From the IMG/VR virus record IMGVR_UViG_3300033073_001074, positions 11,575 to 75,574 of that record: DNA of 64,000 bases; one strand, 5' to 3'. Below, piece after piece: positions 8,523 to 18,680 of the stretch. Numbering within the stretch: the first letter of the stretch is position 1; every line of letters starts with the position of its first letter. The notes under the pieces were generated by a model. The model was given only the letters and a program-made list of their open reading frames with translations. It was not told the origin of the DNA and made no database searches. Both the position numbers and the translations under genes were made by a program. The DNA comes from a virus (lineage: Duplodnaviria; Caudoviricetes).

Positions 8523-8995
8523 GACCTGACTGGGATCAATATTTTATGTCGATGGCCCATTTGGCATCTGTTCGATCTCATGATGAGCAGACGCAAGTGG
8601 GCTGTGTCATTGTTAATGATAAAAATCATATCATTAGCCTAGGATATAATGGATTTCCCGCTAATACAAAAGATATATCTCTCCCAAGGGTAAGACCGGG
8701 CAAATATCCATTTATGCTACACGCAGAACAAAATGCTATAAGTAATATGATTATCAAAGAAGATAACTTAAGAGCATATGTTACAGCCTATCCATGCTCA
8801 GTTTGTGCAAAATTACTATGGCAAAATAATATTAGAAATTTAATAGTAGATAGTAAAGGTGTCATATATTCAATGAATGAAGGTGACATTGCTGTTATTA
8901 ATTTTCTGCTTGAAAACGGGTTAAAAATAAGAGAAATAAAGTTCGACCAAGATATTTTTGTAAATCTCGGTCACAAGTTAAAAAGAGGTAATTAA
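8519..8995 (+). CDS. dCMP deaminase
   Basis: QVGCVIV, SLGYNGFP, HAEQNAI and PCSVC zinc-deaminase motifs. Confidence 0.92.
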   Translation: MRPDWDQYFMSMAHLASVRSHDEQTQVGCVIVNDKNHIISLGYNGFPANTKDISLPRVRPGKYPFMLHAEQNAISNMIIKEDNLRAYVTAYPCSVCAKLLWQNNIRNLIVDSKGVIYSMNEGDIAVINFLLENGLKIREIKFDQDIFVNLGHKLKRGN

Positions 8996-11178
8996 TGTCT
9001 ATTAAAGCATTACAAGATTATACATTCGTAGGAAAATACGCCAGATACATTTCAGACAAAAAGAGACGCGAAACATATAAGGAAAGTGTTGATCGTGTTC
9101 GTGCAATGATGCATAAACAATACGCAGATAAAGATGAAGAAGTGCATAAGATCATAGACTGGGCCTATGATATGATGCTTAAGAAAAAGGGTCTTGGTTC
9201 ACAAAGAGCTTTACAGTTTGGTGGAGATCCTATTTTTAAGCATAATGCACGTATGTTTAACTGTACTGTATCTTTTGCTGATCGTGTAAGATTTTTCCAA
9301 GAATGCATGTATATGCTTCTTTGCGGATGCGGGGTAGGATTTTCTGTACAATATAAACACATTAATAAATTGCCTAACCTTCTCGATGGCAAATCAGGAA
9401 AAGTAAAGTATACTATCCCTGATGATATTGAAGGTTGGAGCGATGCTATAGGTATTTTAATTTCATCCTATTTTGATACAGATACAGAGTTTCCCGACTA
9501 TAAAGGCAAAGAGGTTCAGTTTGTATACGATAAAATTAGAAAGAAGGGTACTAGAATTTCTGGTGGCGGCAAAGCGCCGGGACCAGAACCTCTTAAGAAA
9601 GCCATTGAGAATATTAAATTAATTCTAGACAAGGCTGTAACCCGTGGAGATAAAAGGATCAAGTCAGTTGAAGTATATGACATAGTTATGCACTTTGCTG
9701 ATGCTGTTATTTCTGGTGGAGTAAGAAGAAGCGCTACGATTTGTCTATTCTCTCCAGATGATAAGGAGATGGCAACGGCTAAAACTGGCAATTGGTTCAT
9801 GGATAATCCTCAGCGTGGACGTTCTAACAACTCTGCTCTTCTCATTAGAGATAAGACAACTCCTGAACAATTTGCTGAACTCATGAAGAGCGTTAAAGAG
9901 TTTGGTGAGCCGGGATTTGTATGGGCAGACGATGAAGACTTCATTGTTAACCCATGCGTTGAGATTGGCATGTATCCCGTAGATATTGAGACAGGTGAAA
10001 GTGGATGGCAAGGTTGTAATCTTTCTACTGTTAATTGTGCTAAAGTAAATAGTGCGGAAGATTTTTATGATGCTGTTCGTGCAGTAACAATTATCGGTAC
10101 TCTTCAAGCCGGATTTAATTCATTTCCATATCTAGGAAAAACAAGTGAAAAAATCTTCGCTAGAGAGGCTTTGCTTGGTGTTTCGGGTACGGGATGGTTT
10201 GAAAAACCGGATATTTGTTTAAATCCGGAAATTCAAAGGAAGGCAGCAGAACTTGCAAAAACAACCAATAAATATGTCGCATCAAAGATTGGTATCAATC
10301 AGGCCGCTAGAGTCACTTGTGTTAAGCCTGAAGGCACTGCCTCCTGTATTCTTGGGACTGCTAGTGGTATTCACCCTCATCATGCTAAACGCTATATTCG
10401 TCGCGTACAAGCGAATAAGATGGAGGCGATCTACCAGCACTTCAAGGAAACCAATCCAAGGGCGTGCGAAGAATCTGTTTGGTCGGCCAATAGGACCGAT
10501 GACGTAATTGCTTTCTGTATCGAAGTTCCTGACGGTAGCAAGACTAAGAATCAAATTACTGCTATTGAACTTCTTAAAACAGTAAAGTCAACTCAACAAA
10601 ACTGGGTTCTGCCGGGTACAAATAAAGAGCTTTGTACTAAGCCTTGGCTAAATCATAATGTTAGCAATACCATTAATGTTAAACCTAGTGAATGGGAAGA
10701 AGTTGAGAAATTCATTTATGACAATCGTGAATTTTTCTGCGGTATTTCTCTCTTGCCGGTGACGGGAGACAAGGATTATCCACAAGCTCCATTTACTACT
10801 GTGTATTTACCTAGTGAGATGATTAATCATTATGGCGATGGTGTAATGTTCGCCAGCGGTCTTATTGAGGTTGCTCTCAATCTATGGGAAGATAACCTGT
10901 GGGCAGCTTGTGATAGTCTTCTTGGTTTTGGCGGACCTATTAAAGGTAAGGCCAAAGAAGCGTGGGTAGCCAGATGTAAGAAGTTTGCCGATAAATATTT
11001 TGAGGGAGATGTAAAGAAATTTACTTACTGCATGAAAGATATTTATAACTTCAAACTTTGGACTGAATTAAAACGCGAATACAAAGATGTCGATTATACC
11101 GAAGTTATTGAAGAACATGATGACACTCAACTAGAACAAGCTCTGGCGTGTAGTGGAGGGGCTTGCGAGATAGTATAA
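8995..11178 (+). CDS. nrdJ: Class II (adenosylcobalamin-dependent) ribonucleotide reductase, monomeric type
   Basis: FNCT, GCGVGFS, VISGGVRRSA, NPCVEI, CNLS, TCVKPEGTAS and C-terminal ACSGGACE; no small-subunit gene nearby. Confidence 0.9.
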   Translation: MSIKALQDYTFVGKYARYISDKKRRETYKESVDRVRAMMHKQYADKDEEVHKIIDWAYDMMLKKKGLGSQRALQFGGDPIFKHNARMFNCTVSFADRVRFFQECMYMLLCGCGVGFSVQYKHINKLPNLLDGKSGKVKYTIPDDIEGWSDAIGILISSYFDTDTEFPDYKGKEVQFVYDKIRKKGTRISGGGKAPGPEPLKKAIENIKLILDKAVTRGDKRIKSVEVYDIVMHFADAVISGGVRRSATICLFSPDDKEMATAKTGNWFMDNPQRGRSNNSALLIRDKTTPEQFAELMKSVKEFGEPGFVWADDEDFIVNPCVEIGMYPVDIETGESGWQGCNLSTVNCAKVNSAEDFYDAVRAVTIIGTLQAGFNSFPYLGKTSEKIFAREALLGVSGTGWFEKPDICLNPEIQRKAAELAKTTNKYVASKIGINQAARVTCVKPEGTASCILGTASGIHPHHAKRYIRRVQANKMEAIYQHFKETNPRACEESVWSANRTDDVIAFCIEVPDGSKTKNQITAIELLKTVKSTQQNWVLPGTNKELCTKPWLNHNVSNTINVKPSEWEEVEKFIYDNREFFCGISLLPVTGDKDYPQAPFTTVYLPSEMINHYGDGVMFASGLIEVALNLWEDNLWAACDSLLGFGGPIKGKAKEAWVARCKKFADKYFEGDVKKFTYCMKDIYNFKLWTELKREYKDVDYTEVIEEHDDTQLEQALACSGGACEIV

Positions 11179-12167
11179 TGCCTACTTACAATCCTATTGT
11201 ACAATATTTTAATCACTCAGTTTCCATTGATGGATTTCTTACTGGTGTGCAATCTATTTCGGTAGATCAATCATCATCAGCAAATAAATTAACGGAATAT
11301 GGACGTATTAACAATTTAAAAGTTATACGTCCTAAGCCTGAGACTAGAATATCAATAACTAGACCTCTCGATAATACCAACCCCCCGTTTCTTTTAACGG
11401 GGGATGATGATATCTTGACATATCTAGGTGGTGTTTCTACATGGGACAACACGCTTAAAACATATGATATAGAATTCGATTTAAACAGAGAAGCTCCAGA
11501 TTCAACAACAGGAAAAATGAAAACTGGGGGATCATCGCTTAAATTTAGAAAATACTTATTATCAGAAGCTAGATATTCATTTAGTGCAGACTCAACGTTT
11601 GCAGAAGAGCAGCTATCTTTTTCAGGATTTACAATAGAAAAAGGTAACGGTGCAACAACATCATTCGGATCTGCTGATACGGGAAATGTCATAAGACGAC
11701 ATAATTTCAAAAAAAGTGGATGCACTTTTCCTTTAGAAATACAAAGTCTATTTGATAACAGTTCTTATGTATTAAGAGAAGTAAATATTGGAATCTCATT
11801 TAACTGGAATAATTTAGCCAACTTTGGAGAAATGAACGCCTATAAATATAGATATCTAAGTTTTCCGATAGATATTACATGCTCTATAACATTAGTAGAT
11901 TTAAAATTTGATCAGCCCGGCAATAATAACACTTATATTAATCCGACTACATATTCCATGTCAGACATCTTATTCACAGATTCTGACTTTACTCCAAATA
12001 GAACGATTGTCATAAATGCTGGCAATAAAATATGGGATTTAGGTTCAAAGAATTATTTTGTTTCAAGAAGTAGAAAAGGAGGTGAAGCAGGATCTAATTC
12101 ATACTCAACTTATACCTATGAATACAAAAACAGTGAAAACTTCATTAAAATAAAAAGTGAGACCTAA
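11178..12167 (+). CDS. Paralog of the major tail (tube) protein
   Basis: Collinear similarity to 56091-57122: GVQSISV/GVQSVGI, VIRRHN/VVRRQN, FPIDIT/FPIQIT, DLGSKN/DLGTKN, GGEAG/GGDTG. Confidence 0.7.
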   Translation: MPTYNPIVQYFNHSVSIDGFLTGVQSISVDQSSSANKLTEYGRINNLKVIRPKPETRISITRPLDNTNPPFLLTGDDDILTYLGGVSTWDNTLKTYDIEFDLNREAPDSTTGKMKTGGSSLKFRKYLLSEARYSFSADSTFAEEQLSFSGFTIEKGNGATTSFGSADTGNVIRRHNFKKSGCTFPLEIQSLFDNSSYVLREVNIGISFNWNNLANFGEMNAYKYRYLSFPIDITCSITLVDLKFDQPGNNNTYINPTTYSMSDILFTDSDFTPNRTIVINAGNKIWDLGSKNYFVSRSRKGGEAGSNSYSTYTYEYKNSENFIKIKSET

Positions 12168-12170
12168 ACT

Positions 12171-12875
12171 ATGTCAACATCGCGCAAAACTAGAAAAACA
12201 GCTCAAAGAGCCACAGCAAATGCAGTATCTAATCCGCACCGTAAAATTCTTAAACCAAAAAGCATTAATCAAGAAAATTATATTATATCTATGGTTGAGA
12301 ATGATATTACAATTTGCACAGGACCAGCGGGATCTGGAAAATCCTCAGTGGCAGTCGGACTTGCGTGTAGTTGGTTACTAGAGAATAAGATAGAAAAAAT
12401 TATAGTCACTAGACCAGTTGTTGAAGCAGGTCGAGGACTAGGCTATCTGCCGGGCAGCAAGGATGAAAAAATCCAACCTTATGTTATGCCCGTACTAGAA
12501 GAAATGCAGCAGTATCTTGGTAGAGAGTTATTAAATAAACAAATTGCGGCTGGTATTGTTGAGCTATGTCCATTAGAATATATGCGTGGTCGTAATTTTC
12601 ACCACTCATTTATGATTCTTGACGAAGCGCAAAATGCGACATATGAACAGATTAAAATGTTTTTAACTAGAATTGGTATGCACTCAAGAGCAATTATCGA
12701 AGGCGATCCGTACCAATCGGACTTGCCTCTTGCTATGAGAGGTGCTATGATGGATGTGAGAGATAAACTCTTCGGTCTTCAGGGGGTTGGCGTATGCGAA
12801 CTACAAGCCTCTGATATTGTCCGTAATCCTATTATTGGTAGAGTACTAGAAAGGTTAGAGGGTAATAATAGATGA
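12171..12875 (+). CDS. phoH: PhoH-family ATPase
   Basis: TGPAGSGKS, TRPVVEAG..LGYLPG, PLEYMRGRNF, LDEAQN, LTRIG, GDPYQSDL. Confidence 0.95.
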   Translation: MSTSRKTRKTAQRATANAVSNPHRKILKPKSINQENYIISMVENDITICTGPAGSGKSSVAVGLACSWLLENKIEKIIVTRPVVEAGRGLGYLPGSKDEKIQPYVMPVLEEMQQYLGRELLNKQIAAGIVELCPLEYMRGRNFHHSFMILDEAQNATYEQIKMFLTRIGMHSRAIIEGDPYQSDLPLAMRGAMMDVRDKLFGLQGVGVCELQASDIVRNPIIGRVLERLEGNNR

Positions 12876-13141
12876 AAAAGTATTTAGCTCCTATTATTGT
12901 AGCTGGATTTTTATGTGGAAATTTAGCATTGTCCGAAACTGAAAGACAAGAAATAGTAGCAGAACGTCAAGAAATTAATGAAGAATACGTTTATTTTTAT
13001 GAAACGATAATATCTAATCCTGAATTAACAGATGTAAGGAGAGTGGCTTATAAAAATAGCTACAGAACTTTCATCATTGACATGGGAAATGAAAATGCAC
13101 AAAATGACCCATATTTATATGAAGGATTGCCAGAGGAATAA
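12872..13141 (+). CDS. Hypothetical secreted/membrane protein
   Basis: Signal-peptide-like N-terminus MKKYLAPIIVAGFLCG. Confidence 0.6.
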   Translation: MKKYLAPIIVAGFLCGNLALSETERQEIVAERQEINEEYVYFYETIISNPELTDVRRVAYKNSYRTFIIDMGNENAQNDPYLYEGLPEE

Positions 13142-13144
13142 TTT

Positions 13145-13486
13145 ATGCCAACATATCATTATGCTTGCAGTGAATGCAAGGAAGAATTTGAAATCTTCCA
13201 TAGCATCAAAGAGTCTTTGAGAAAGATTTGTCCATTTTGCGAAAAGGCTGGCTTGTCGGTTGTCTTGGACGAACCTCCCGTTATAATAAATAAAGAGGTG
13301 AAGACAATCGGCCAGCTTGCCGAGAAGAACGCCAGAGAGCTTGGAAGATATGGACTCCAAGAAAAGATGGAAGCAGATGGGACTTTTGAAAGAATCAAAC
13401 AAAGAGAAAAAAGGGATGAGATCAAAAAAGTTGCAAAACTCAACCCAGAACAAAAGAAGAGATATATTGAAACAGGAAAGTTGTAA
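13145..13486 (+). CDS. FmdB-family zinc-ribbon protein
   Basis: MPTYHYACSEC..EFEIFHSI...CPFC. Confidence 0.85.
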   Translation: MPTYHYACSECKEEFEIFHSIKESLRKICPFCEKAGLSVVLDEPPVIINKEVKTIGQLAEKNARELGRYGLQEKMEADGTFERIKQREKRDEIKKVAKLNPEQKKRYIETGKL

Positions 13487-13719
13487 TGGAAAATATTAGG
13501 AATATCGGACCTCATGTTGCAGTAGTGAAATTCAACATCTTTATTCATAAAATGATGTCTGATGGTTCAATTGATCCAGTATCAATTGTATGTCCAGAAC
13601 TATTTCAAAATTGTCAGATAGCTAAGCAAGGCGAGCTATACGTAGAAGGTGTTGATATTTGGGACTGCGCTAAAAAAGTAAAAAAGAAGCTCGAAAAATT
13701 AGGAGAGAATAATGAGTGA
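13486..13719 (+). CDS. Hypothetical protein
   Basis: 77-aa coupled ORF. Confidence 0.6.
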   Translation: MENIRNIGPHVAVVKFNIFIHKMMSDGSIDPVSIVCPELFQNCQIAKQGELYVEGVDIWDCAKKVKKKLEKLGENNE

Positions 13720-14053
13720 TATTGCATCTTTAAATCTACCAGATGTAGATGAAATTACGACACAATACTTTGATAAAACAGGAAATCTTACAAAAGAAGA
13801 ATTTGCAGTAGCTAAGATTACTAAGTTTCATAATAAAGAAAGTGATAGTTTAACTGTCAACTACTATATCAAATTTGGAAGAGGAATGTTGTTTGATCCA
13901 TATGGAATGGATATGAACAAAATGAACTCCTATAATTTCCAGTTTAAGAAAGTTGATCAAGATATTTATTCTAAGTATCTACAATATTTGAAAACTCGTA
14001 GATCAATGTTCTTGACATATGCACAAAGAGATTATGTAAGTAAAGGATATTAA
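13712..14053 (+). CDS. Hypothetical protein
   Basis: 113-aa ORF, SD GGAG. Confidence 0.7.
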   Translation: MSDIASLNLPDVDEITTQYFDKTGNLTKEEFAVAKITKFHNKESDSLTVNYYIKFGRGMLFDPYGMDMNKMNSYNFQFKKVDQDIYSKYLQYLKTRRSMFLTYAQRDYVSKGY

Positions 14054-14055
14054 TT

Positions 14056-14355
14056 ATGGCAAAAAAGAAAGTATCAGTTCCAAAAACTGACGTAACGACA
14101 GAAGTAAAAATGGGCGATGAAAACAAGAAAGTCAATGTTTCAGAACCAAAACTAGCACAAGTTAATGTACAAAATGTAACAAGTTACCCATCTGTAAGAG
14201 AACTTTTTGGTCACAAAAAAGACTATGGTGTAACAACAATGACTGAACAAGCCTCAACTAGATCTGATGAAACTTCTAAAGACAGGAGATCTAAAGCAAC
14301 GGGAAATTTACCTCCAAGATATGGTAACTGCATTCATAAGATAAGAGAAGACTAA
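14056..14355 (+). CDS. Hypothetical protein
   Basis: 99-aa ORF. Confidence 0.65.
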   Translation: MAKKKVSVPKTDVTTEVKMGDENKKVNVSEPKLAQVNVQNVTSYPSVRELFGHKKDYGVTTMTEQASTRSDETSKDRRSKATGNLPPRYGNCIHKIRED

Positions 14356-14831
14356 TGACACAAGTTTGTACTGGTTTTGATGCATATATTAGAAGTCTTC
14401 GTGTTGATCGTCAAGAGGTAATATGGAAATGTGTTCTCTCTAATGGTCAAGAAGTTTGGTCTGATTTTGATCGGCCAGAAGTAGACGAAGATCCTTGGAC
14501 TAGATTAAAAAAATATTGCAATGAAAACTCTTTGGACATTGTTGAAGTCAAAGTAAATGCTGTTGGTATTCCAGAACAATCTGTCTATGTTAATCCTAAA
14601 GGTATGGATGGATTTTTTATCACTAGAGGTATGTCAAAAGATTTGTTTGACGACAGTGGCAATACAGGCATAACTTATAAATATTTAGCTTTTGGTAAGT
14701 TATCAGATTCTAAAGATGTTGTATATGTAAAAAAGTTTTATTGGCCTGAGTGCAGGTTTTCTGAGAACTTAGAAAAAAGACAGGCCACCGAAGAAAACTT
14801 GAAATTGATGTATTTCAAAAATAAAGAGTAA
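14355..14831 (+). CDS. Hypothetical protein
   Basis: 158-aa coupled ORF. Confidence 0.7.
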   Translation: MTQVCTGFDAYIRSLRVDRQEVIWKCVLSNGQEVWSDFDRPEVDEDPWTRLKKYCNENSLDIVEVKVNAVGIPEQSVYVNPKGMDGFFITRGMSKDLFDDSGNTGITYKYLAFGKLSDSKDVVYVKKFYWPECRFSENLEKRQATEENLKLMYFKNKE

Positions 14832-14833
14832 TT

Positions 14834-15289
14834 ATGGCAAAGCAAAGAACAGAGCAAAGCAAGTATAAGTCCCCGTCCACCGGGGACTTTTGTACTCCCG
14901 CACAATACGTTGCAGAAATTATTTGTCAAAAGCAAGCCACCCATGAAAAAGCGGGCACTTTACCATATAAATTTTGGAACTTACCAAAATGGAAAAAGAT
15001 TTACATTAGACAGGTTTCTCTCGCTAATAAACTTATTAAAGAATATGGCGAAGAACCTGTTATTAAGTTTGTAAAGTCAAGCTCCGGAAAAAGAACAATA
15101 TCTCTTGGAGCTAGGAATGTAAAAAAAGAAATAGAAAAGATAAAATATACTCTTGACAATGCTCCGAAGCGTGCTACAATAGAAGCAGTAGAATCTGAGC
15201 CACTAGTGTTTACGTCGAGAAAATCTTTTGGTAAACAGACTTTGTTTAATAGATTAAAGGAAATAGAGAATGAGTCTAACAGCAGTTGA
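14834..15289 (+). CDS. Hypothetical basic protein
   Basis: 151-aa Lys-rich ORF immediately upstream of recA. Confidence 0.7.
   Translation: MAKQRTEQSKYKSPSTGDFCTPAQYVAEIICQKQATHEKAGTLPYKFWNLPKWKKIYIRQVSLANKLIKEYGEEPVIKFVKSSSGKRTISLGARNVKKEIEKIKYTLDNAPKRATIEAVESEPLVFTSRKSFGKQTLFNRLKEIENESNSS
15153..15180 (+). promoter_or_regulatory. sigma70-type promoter inside CDS, upstream of recA
   Basis: TTGACA, 16 nt, TACAAT with TGn extended -10; 90 nt upstream of recA. Confidence 0.55.
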
Positions 15290-16277
15290 TAAAGATTTTA
15301 TTAAAAAATATGGCGATTATGTTACAACAGGCGATAAGGTTCTTGAGCAAAAGAGAAACTATAAAGTTATTTCTATTAGTCCGGCGATTGACCTAGCTCT
15401 TGGTGGAGGCATCAAAGAAGGTTCTTGGATGATTCTTTCAGGTCCACCAAAAGCTGGAAAAACAACGACCACAATGCAGATTATTGCTAACTGTCAAGCT
15501 CTTGGTCGTAAAATCATTTATCTTGACGTTGAAGGTCGCTTAAAAGAGATGAATTTTGAAGTTCCGGGTATTGACCCGTCTCAAGTTCAAGTTATTCGTT
15601 CAGGCGACGAACCTTTGTCTGCGGAAACATTTCTTGATATTGCTCGCAAACTTATTTCAGCAAAAGAGAATGAAGGTTGCGTTCTTGTTATTGATTCTAT
15701 CTCATCACTAATTCCTTCTCGCGATCTTGATGAGGATATTAGTGGTATGACTAGACCGGGCTTGCCAAAGATCCTTTCTGACTTCGTTAAGAAACTTGGT
15801 CAAACAGTTCCTAATCAAAAGTGCCTTGTAATTATGATCACACATATGATTACAAATACAAGTGGCTACGGCAAGTCAAAAATGGCCGATGGTGGCGTTA
15901 AGATTCAATTCCAAGCAGATACACGCATGGAAGTCAAAAGCGTTCAGCCGTGGGAATCCGCAAGCTCTAGCAAGGACAATAAGAATGTTGTTGGGTTAAA
16001 GGTTACATGGGATGTTTTATGTTCATCTATCGGGTCTCCATATAAGACATGTGAGAGCTGGATTAGATTTGGTCATGGCATTGATAAAGTACAAGAGATT
16101 ATTATGATTGCTATTGATCTTGGCTTGATTTCTGTAGCGGGTTCATGGTATAATTTAGACTTTATTGAAACAGAGAAGATTAAACTTCAAGGACAAGAAA
16201 AGGTTTACAATTATTTAAATGAAAATCCCAATTCATATGTAACACTTGAAACCAAAGTTAAGGAAATGCTATATTGA
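15270..16277 (+). CDS. recA: RecA/UvsX-like recombinase
   Basis: IDLALGGGI, Walker A SGPPKAGKTT, YLDVEG, LVIDSISSL, GGVKIQF, GLISVAGSWY. Confidence 0.92.
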   Translation: MSLTAVDKDFIKKYGDYVTTGDKVLEQKRNYKVISISPAIDLALGGGIKEGSWMILSGPPKAGKTTTTMQIIANCQALGRKIIYLDVEGRLKEMNFEVPGIDPSQVQVIRSGDEPLSAETFLDIARKLISAKENEGCVLVIDSISSLIPSRDLDEDISGMTRPGLPKILSDFVKKLGQTVPNQKCLVIMITHMITNTSGYGKSKMADGGVKIQFQADTRMEVKSVQPWESASSSKDNKNVVGLKVTWDVLCSSIGSPYKTCESWIRFGHGIDKVQEIIMIAIDLGLISVAGSWYNLDFIETEKIKLQGQEKVYNYLNENPNSYVTLETKVKEMLY

Positions 16278-16687
16278 ATATTACAGGACTTGATGGCAAA
16301 GGCTACGCTTGGATACCAAGCAACAATATCGTCGAAACCACCAAAAGATCTGCACTACATAATAAAGCAAGAGAGTTATTAAAAGAGCGATATCCTAATG
16401 ATAGAATCCTTGAAGAGTTAGTTTTGCCCGGAACTAAAACTGCAAATAGAAAGTCAACCTTAAAGGCTGACTTTTTTATTCCAGTTCGCGGACTGGTCGT
16501 AGAGGTTCATGGACAACAACACACTGAGTTTAACAATTTCTTTTTTGCTAATAAAATGGAGTTCTACAAGGCACAGGCTCGCGATAGAGATAAGAAATCT
16601 TGGTGCGAATTAAATAATTTTACTCTAATTGAACTATTTCATGACGAGTCTATTGATCAGTGGAAAGAAAAGATATGGAAGATATAG
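16274..16687 (+). CDS. PD-(D/E)XK / Vsr-like endonuclease
   Basis: LKADFFIP..GLVVEVHGQQH...RDRDKKSWCELNN..LIEL. Confidence 0.7.
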   Translation: MNITGLDGKGYAWIPSNNIVETTKRSALHNKARELLKERYPNDRILEELVLPGTKTANRKSTLKADFFIPVRGLVVEVHGQQHTEFNNFFFANKMEFYKAQARDRDKKSWCELNNFTLIELFHDESIDQWKEKIWKI

Positions 16688-17172
16688 ATGAAAAATATGC
16701 CAAATTCCATAAAAATATAGAGGACTGGATACAAGGCAATCGCATTGATTATGGACTTAATTGCAGTCTTGATGACGCGATTAAAGTTGGTAAAATCATG
16801 CATCTACAAGAAGAAGATATTAAAAAGATGTCTTCGCTAGATTGTCAAGCTGCAATTTTTACTTTGAATAAGTATATGACATATACAAGTTTAATAGTTG
16901 CAAGAGAAAAAGCAGCGAAGCAATGGGCTGAACAAGGTATTTGGTATATTGTAACTGGACAAAAGCATGACAAGTTTGCCAAATGGGAAGAGAAGTATCA
17001 TTCAGCTCTTAGAAATCACAAGTCCGGTCTAAAATTATTGATGCTCAAAACTACTGCCGATGCTAGAATATTAGCAGGAGAGGCTCAAATTAAAGGATTT
17101 GAACATGCAATGAAAGTATTAGAAAATATTGCGAGGAGTAAATCATATGACAGATCTCAAGGAACAAGCTAA
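16675..17172 (+). CDS. Helical hypothetical protein (possible UvsY-like mediator)
   Basis: All-helical composition and position two genes after recA; no diagnostic motif. Confidence 0.45.
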   Translation: MEDIDEKYAKFHKNIEDWIQGNRIDYGLNCSLDDAIKVGKIMHLQEEDIKKMSSLDCQAAIFTLNKYMTYTSLIVAREKAAKQWAEQGIWYIVTGQKHDKFAKWEEKYHSALRNHKSGLKLLMLKTTADARILAGEAQIKGFEHAMKVLENIARSKSYDRSQGTS

Positions 17173-17641
17173 GAGGGTTATAGCTAAGGGCAAAGCTCTA
17201 AATGACCCAGAATTAGTTCGTATGGGATTAGACATGCTAGACGCTTATAGTGGTGAAATGGAACAAGAGCAGGAGGTAGTAATGCCTATTGCTCCATCCC
17301 CTGAAGTTAAAAAGGTTATAACACCAATCACTACTGCTGGTAAATTTGATATGGATCAATTTACAATGTCTAAAGCAGGAAGTAATGTTATCGACAAGAG
17401 TGGAAAGAAACAACCAATCTTTGTAGGACAAAGGCAAAATAAATATGTAGATGATGGGGTTGACGCTAAGGATGTGGTAACTCCAAAAGTTCAATTGGTT
17501 GAAAGAAGCAGAAAGCCAGCAGAAGCATTGAAGGTAGAAATGCAATGTCAAGTATGTGGCAAGAAAGAAAAAATAGTTAGGGATTTTGTATTTACAGAAT
17601 TTTACCGATGCGGATCTTGTTTATTGAAAGGAAAATCATGA
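17147..17641 (+). CDS. Hypothetical protein with C-terminal zinc ribbon
   Basis: CQVC...CGSC at the C-terminus. Confidence 0.7.
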   Translation: MTDLKEQAKRVIAKGKALNDPELVRMGLDMLDAYSGEMEQEQEVVMPIAPSPEVKKVITPITTAGKFDMDQFTMSKAGSNVIDKSGKKQPIFVGQRQNKYVDDGVDAKDVVTPKVQLVERSRKPAEALKVEMQCQVCGKKEKIVRDFVFTEFYRCGSCLLKGKS

Positions 17642-18084
17642 GTGCATATTTGAGTTATGAATTGTTTGTCAAGAGGCTAACGGAAACGGCTAAGTTGCCA
17701 GATAAAGCAAATTTGTTTGATGCAGGACTAGATCTGTATTGTGATGAAAAAGAAGTTGTAAGACTAGCCCCCGGCGAACGCAAGCTGTTCTCCACAGGTA
17801 TTGCTATGGCGATTCCAAAGGGTTTTGTGGGCCTTATTTGGCCTAGATCGGGCCATGCGGTTAAAAAGGGACTTGATACAATGGCGGGAGTTATTGACGC
17901 TCCATATCGAGGAGAAGTAAAGGTATTGCTAATTAATCATAGCGATGAATATCAGTATTACTCACCAGCAGATAAGATTGCTCAGATTATTATTCAGCCA
18001 GTTCCAGACTTTACCGCTATAGAAGTAGAAAATCTCGATGAAACAAGTCGAGGTGACAAGGGATTCGGAAGTTCAGGCCAATGA
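17638..18084 (+). CDS. dut: Trimeric dUTPase
   Basis: AGLDL, PRSG, GVIDAPYRGE, KIAQII, RGDKGFGSSG. Confidence 0.95.
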   Translation: MSAYLSYELFVKRLTETAKLPDKANLFDAGLDLYCDEKEVVRLAPGERKLFSTGIAMAIPKGFVGLIWPRSGHAVKKGLDTMAGVIDAPYRGEVKVLLINHSDEYQYYSPADKIAQIIIQPVPDFTAIEVENLDETSRGDKGFGSSGQ

Positions 18085-18203
18085 GCTGGGTAGACATATT
18101 TACTGGATGTTTTATCATTTTTATGGGTGTCTATTTTTGTGTGCTATTCCATTATCTAAGTGGAAGTAAAATAGGAGATGTAAGTGATAGAACTGATATT
18201 TAG
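18081..18203 (+). CDS. Small membrane protein (40 aa; not in ORF track)
   Basis: MSWVDIFTGCFIIFMGVYFCVLFHYL...; ATG overlaps the dut stop (ATGA). Confidence 0.45.
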   Translation: MSWVDIFTGCFIIFMGVYFCVLFHYLSGSKIGDVSDRTDI

Positions 18204-18408
18204 TCTAACTTTTATTTGGCTAATCGGTCTGTTTGTATTCCTTGTTGCATATGATATTTATGCAGTAACCAAAGGAAAGCCAACTGTTAGCTGGGCTGTT
18301 TTCGATATTAGTCGTAAATGGCCCATAGTACCATTTTTATTTGGATTTTTAGTGGGTGGATTGGCAGGGCATTTTTTCTTTCCAATTCCCATTCCGGTAG
18401 GACAATAA
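18184..18408 (+). CDS. Two-TM membrane protein
   Basis: Two hydrophobic segments; SD GGAG. Confidence 0.65.
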   Translation: MIELIFSLTFIWLIGLFVFLVAYDIYAVTKGKPTVSWAVFDISRKWPIVPFLFGFLVGGLAGHFFFPIPIPVGQ

Positions 18409-18409
18409 T

Positions 18410-18661
18410 ATGCAACAAAAAAGCTATACTCAGGCTTTTTATGTAAAAGATAAGAAAATTATACTTGACGATTTGCCAATTGAATTGTATAATAGCGTGA
18501 ACGAGCAAATACCTGAGTTCTACAGTAAAATTGACGAAAGGGCTTGGATATCACTTTTTTTTAAAGATGATATAAAGTATTATGTAGTTCTATCAAAAAC
18601 AAAAGAAGCTGTTGAAGAATTTATGAACGCAGTTTTATTTACAGAGCAAATATTAAACTAA
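18410..18661 (+). CDS. Hypothetical protein
   Basis: 83-aa ORF. Confidence 0.6.
   Translation: MQQKSYTQAFYVKDKKIILDDLPIELYNSVNEQIPEFYSKIDERAWISLFFKDDIKYYVVLSKTKEAVEEFMNAVLFTEQILN
18465..18493 (+). promoter_or_regulatory. sigma70-type promoter inside CDS
   Basis: TTGACG, 17 nt, TATAAT. Confidence 0.55.
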
Positions 18662-18680
18662 AACGAATGAAGGAAAACCA

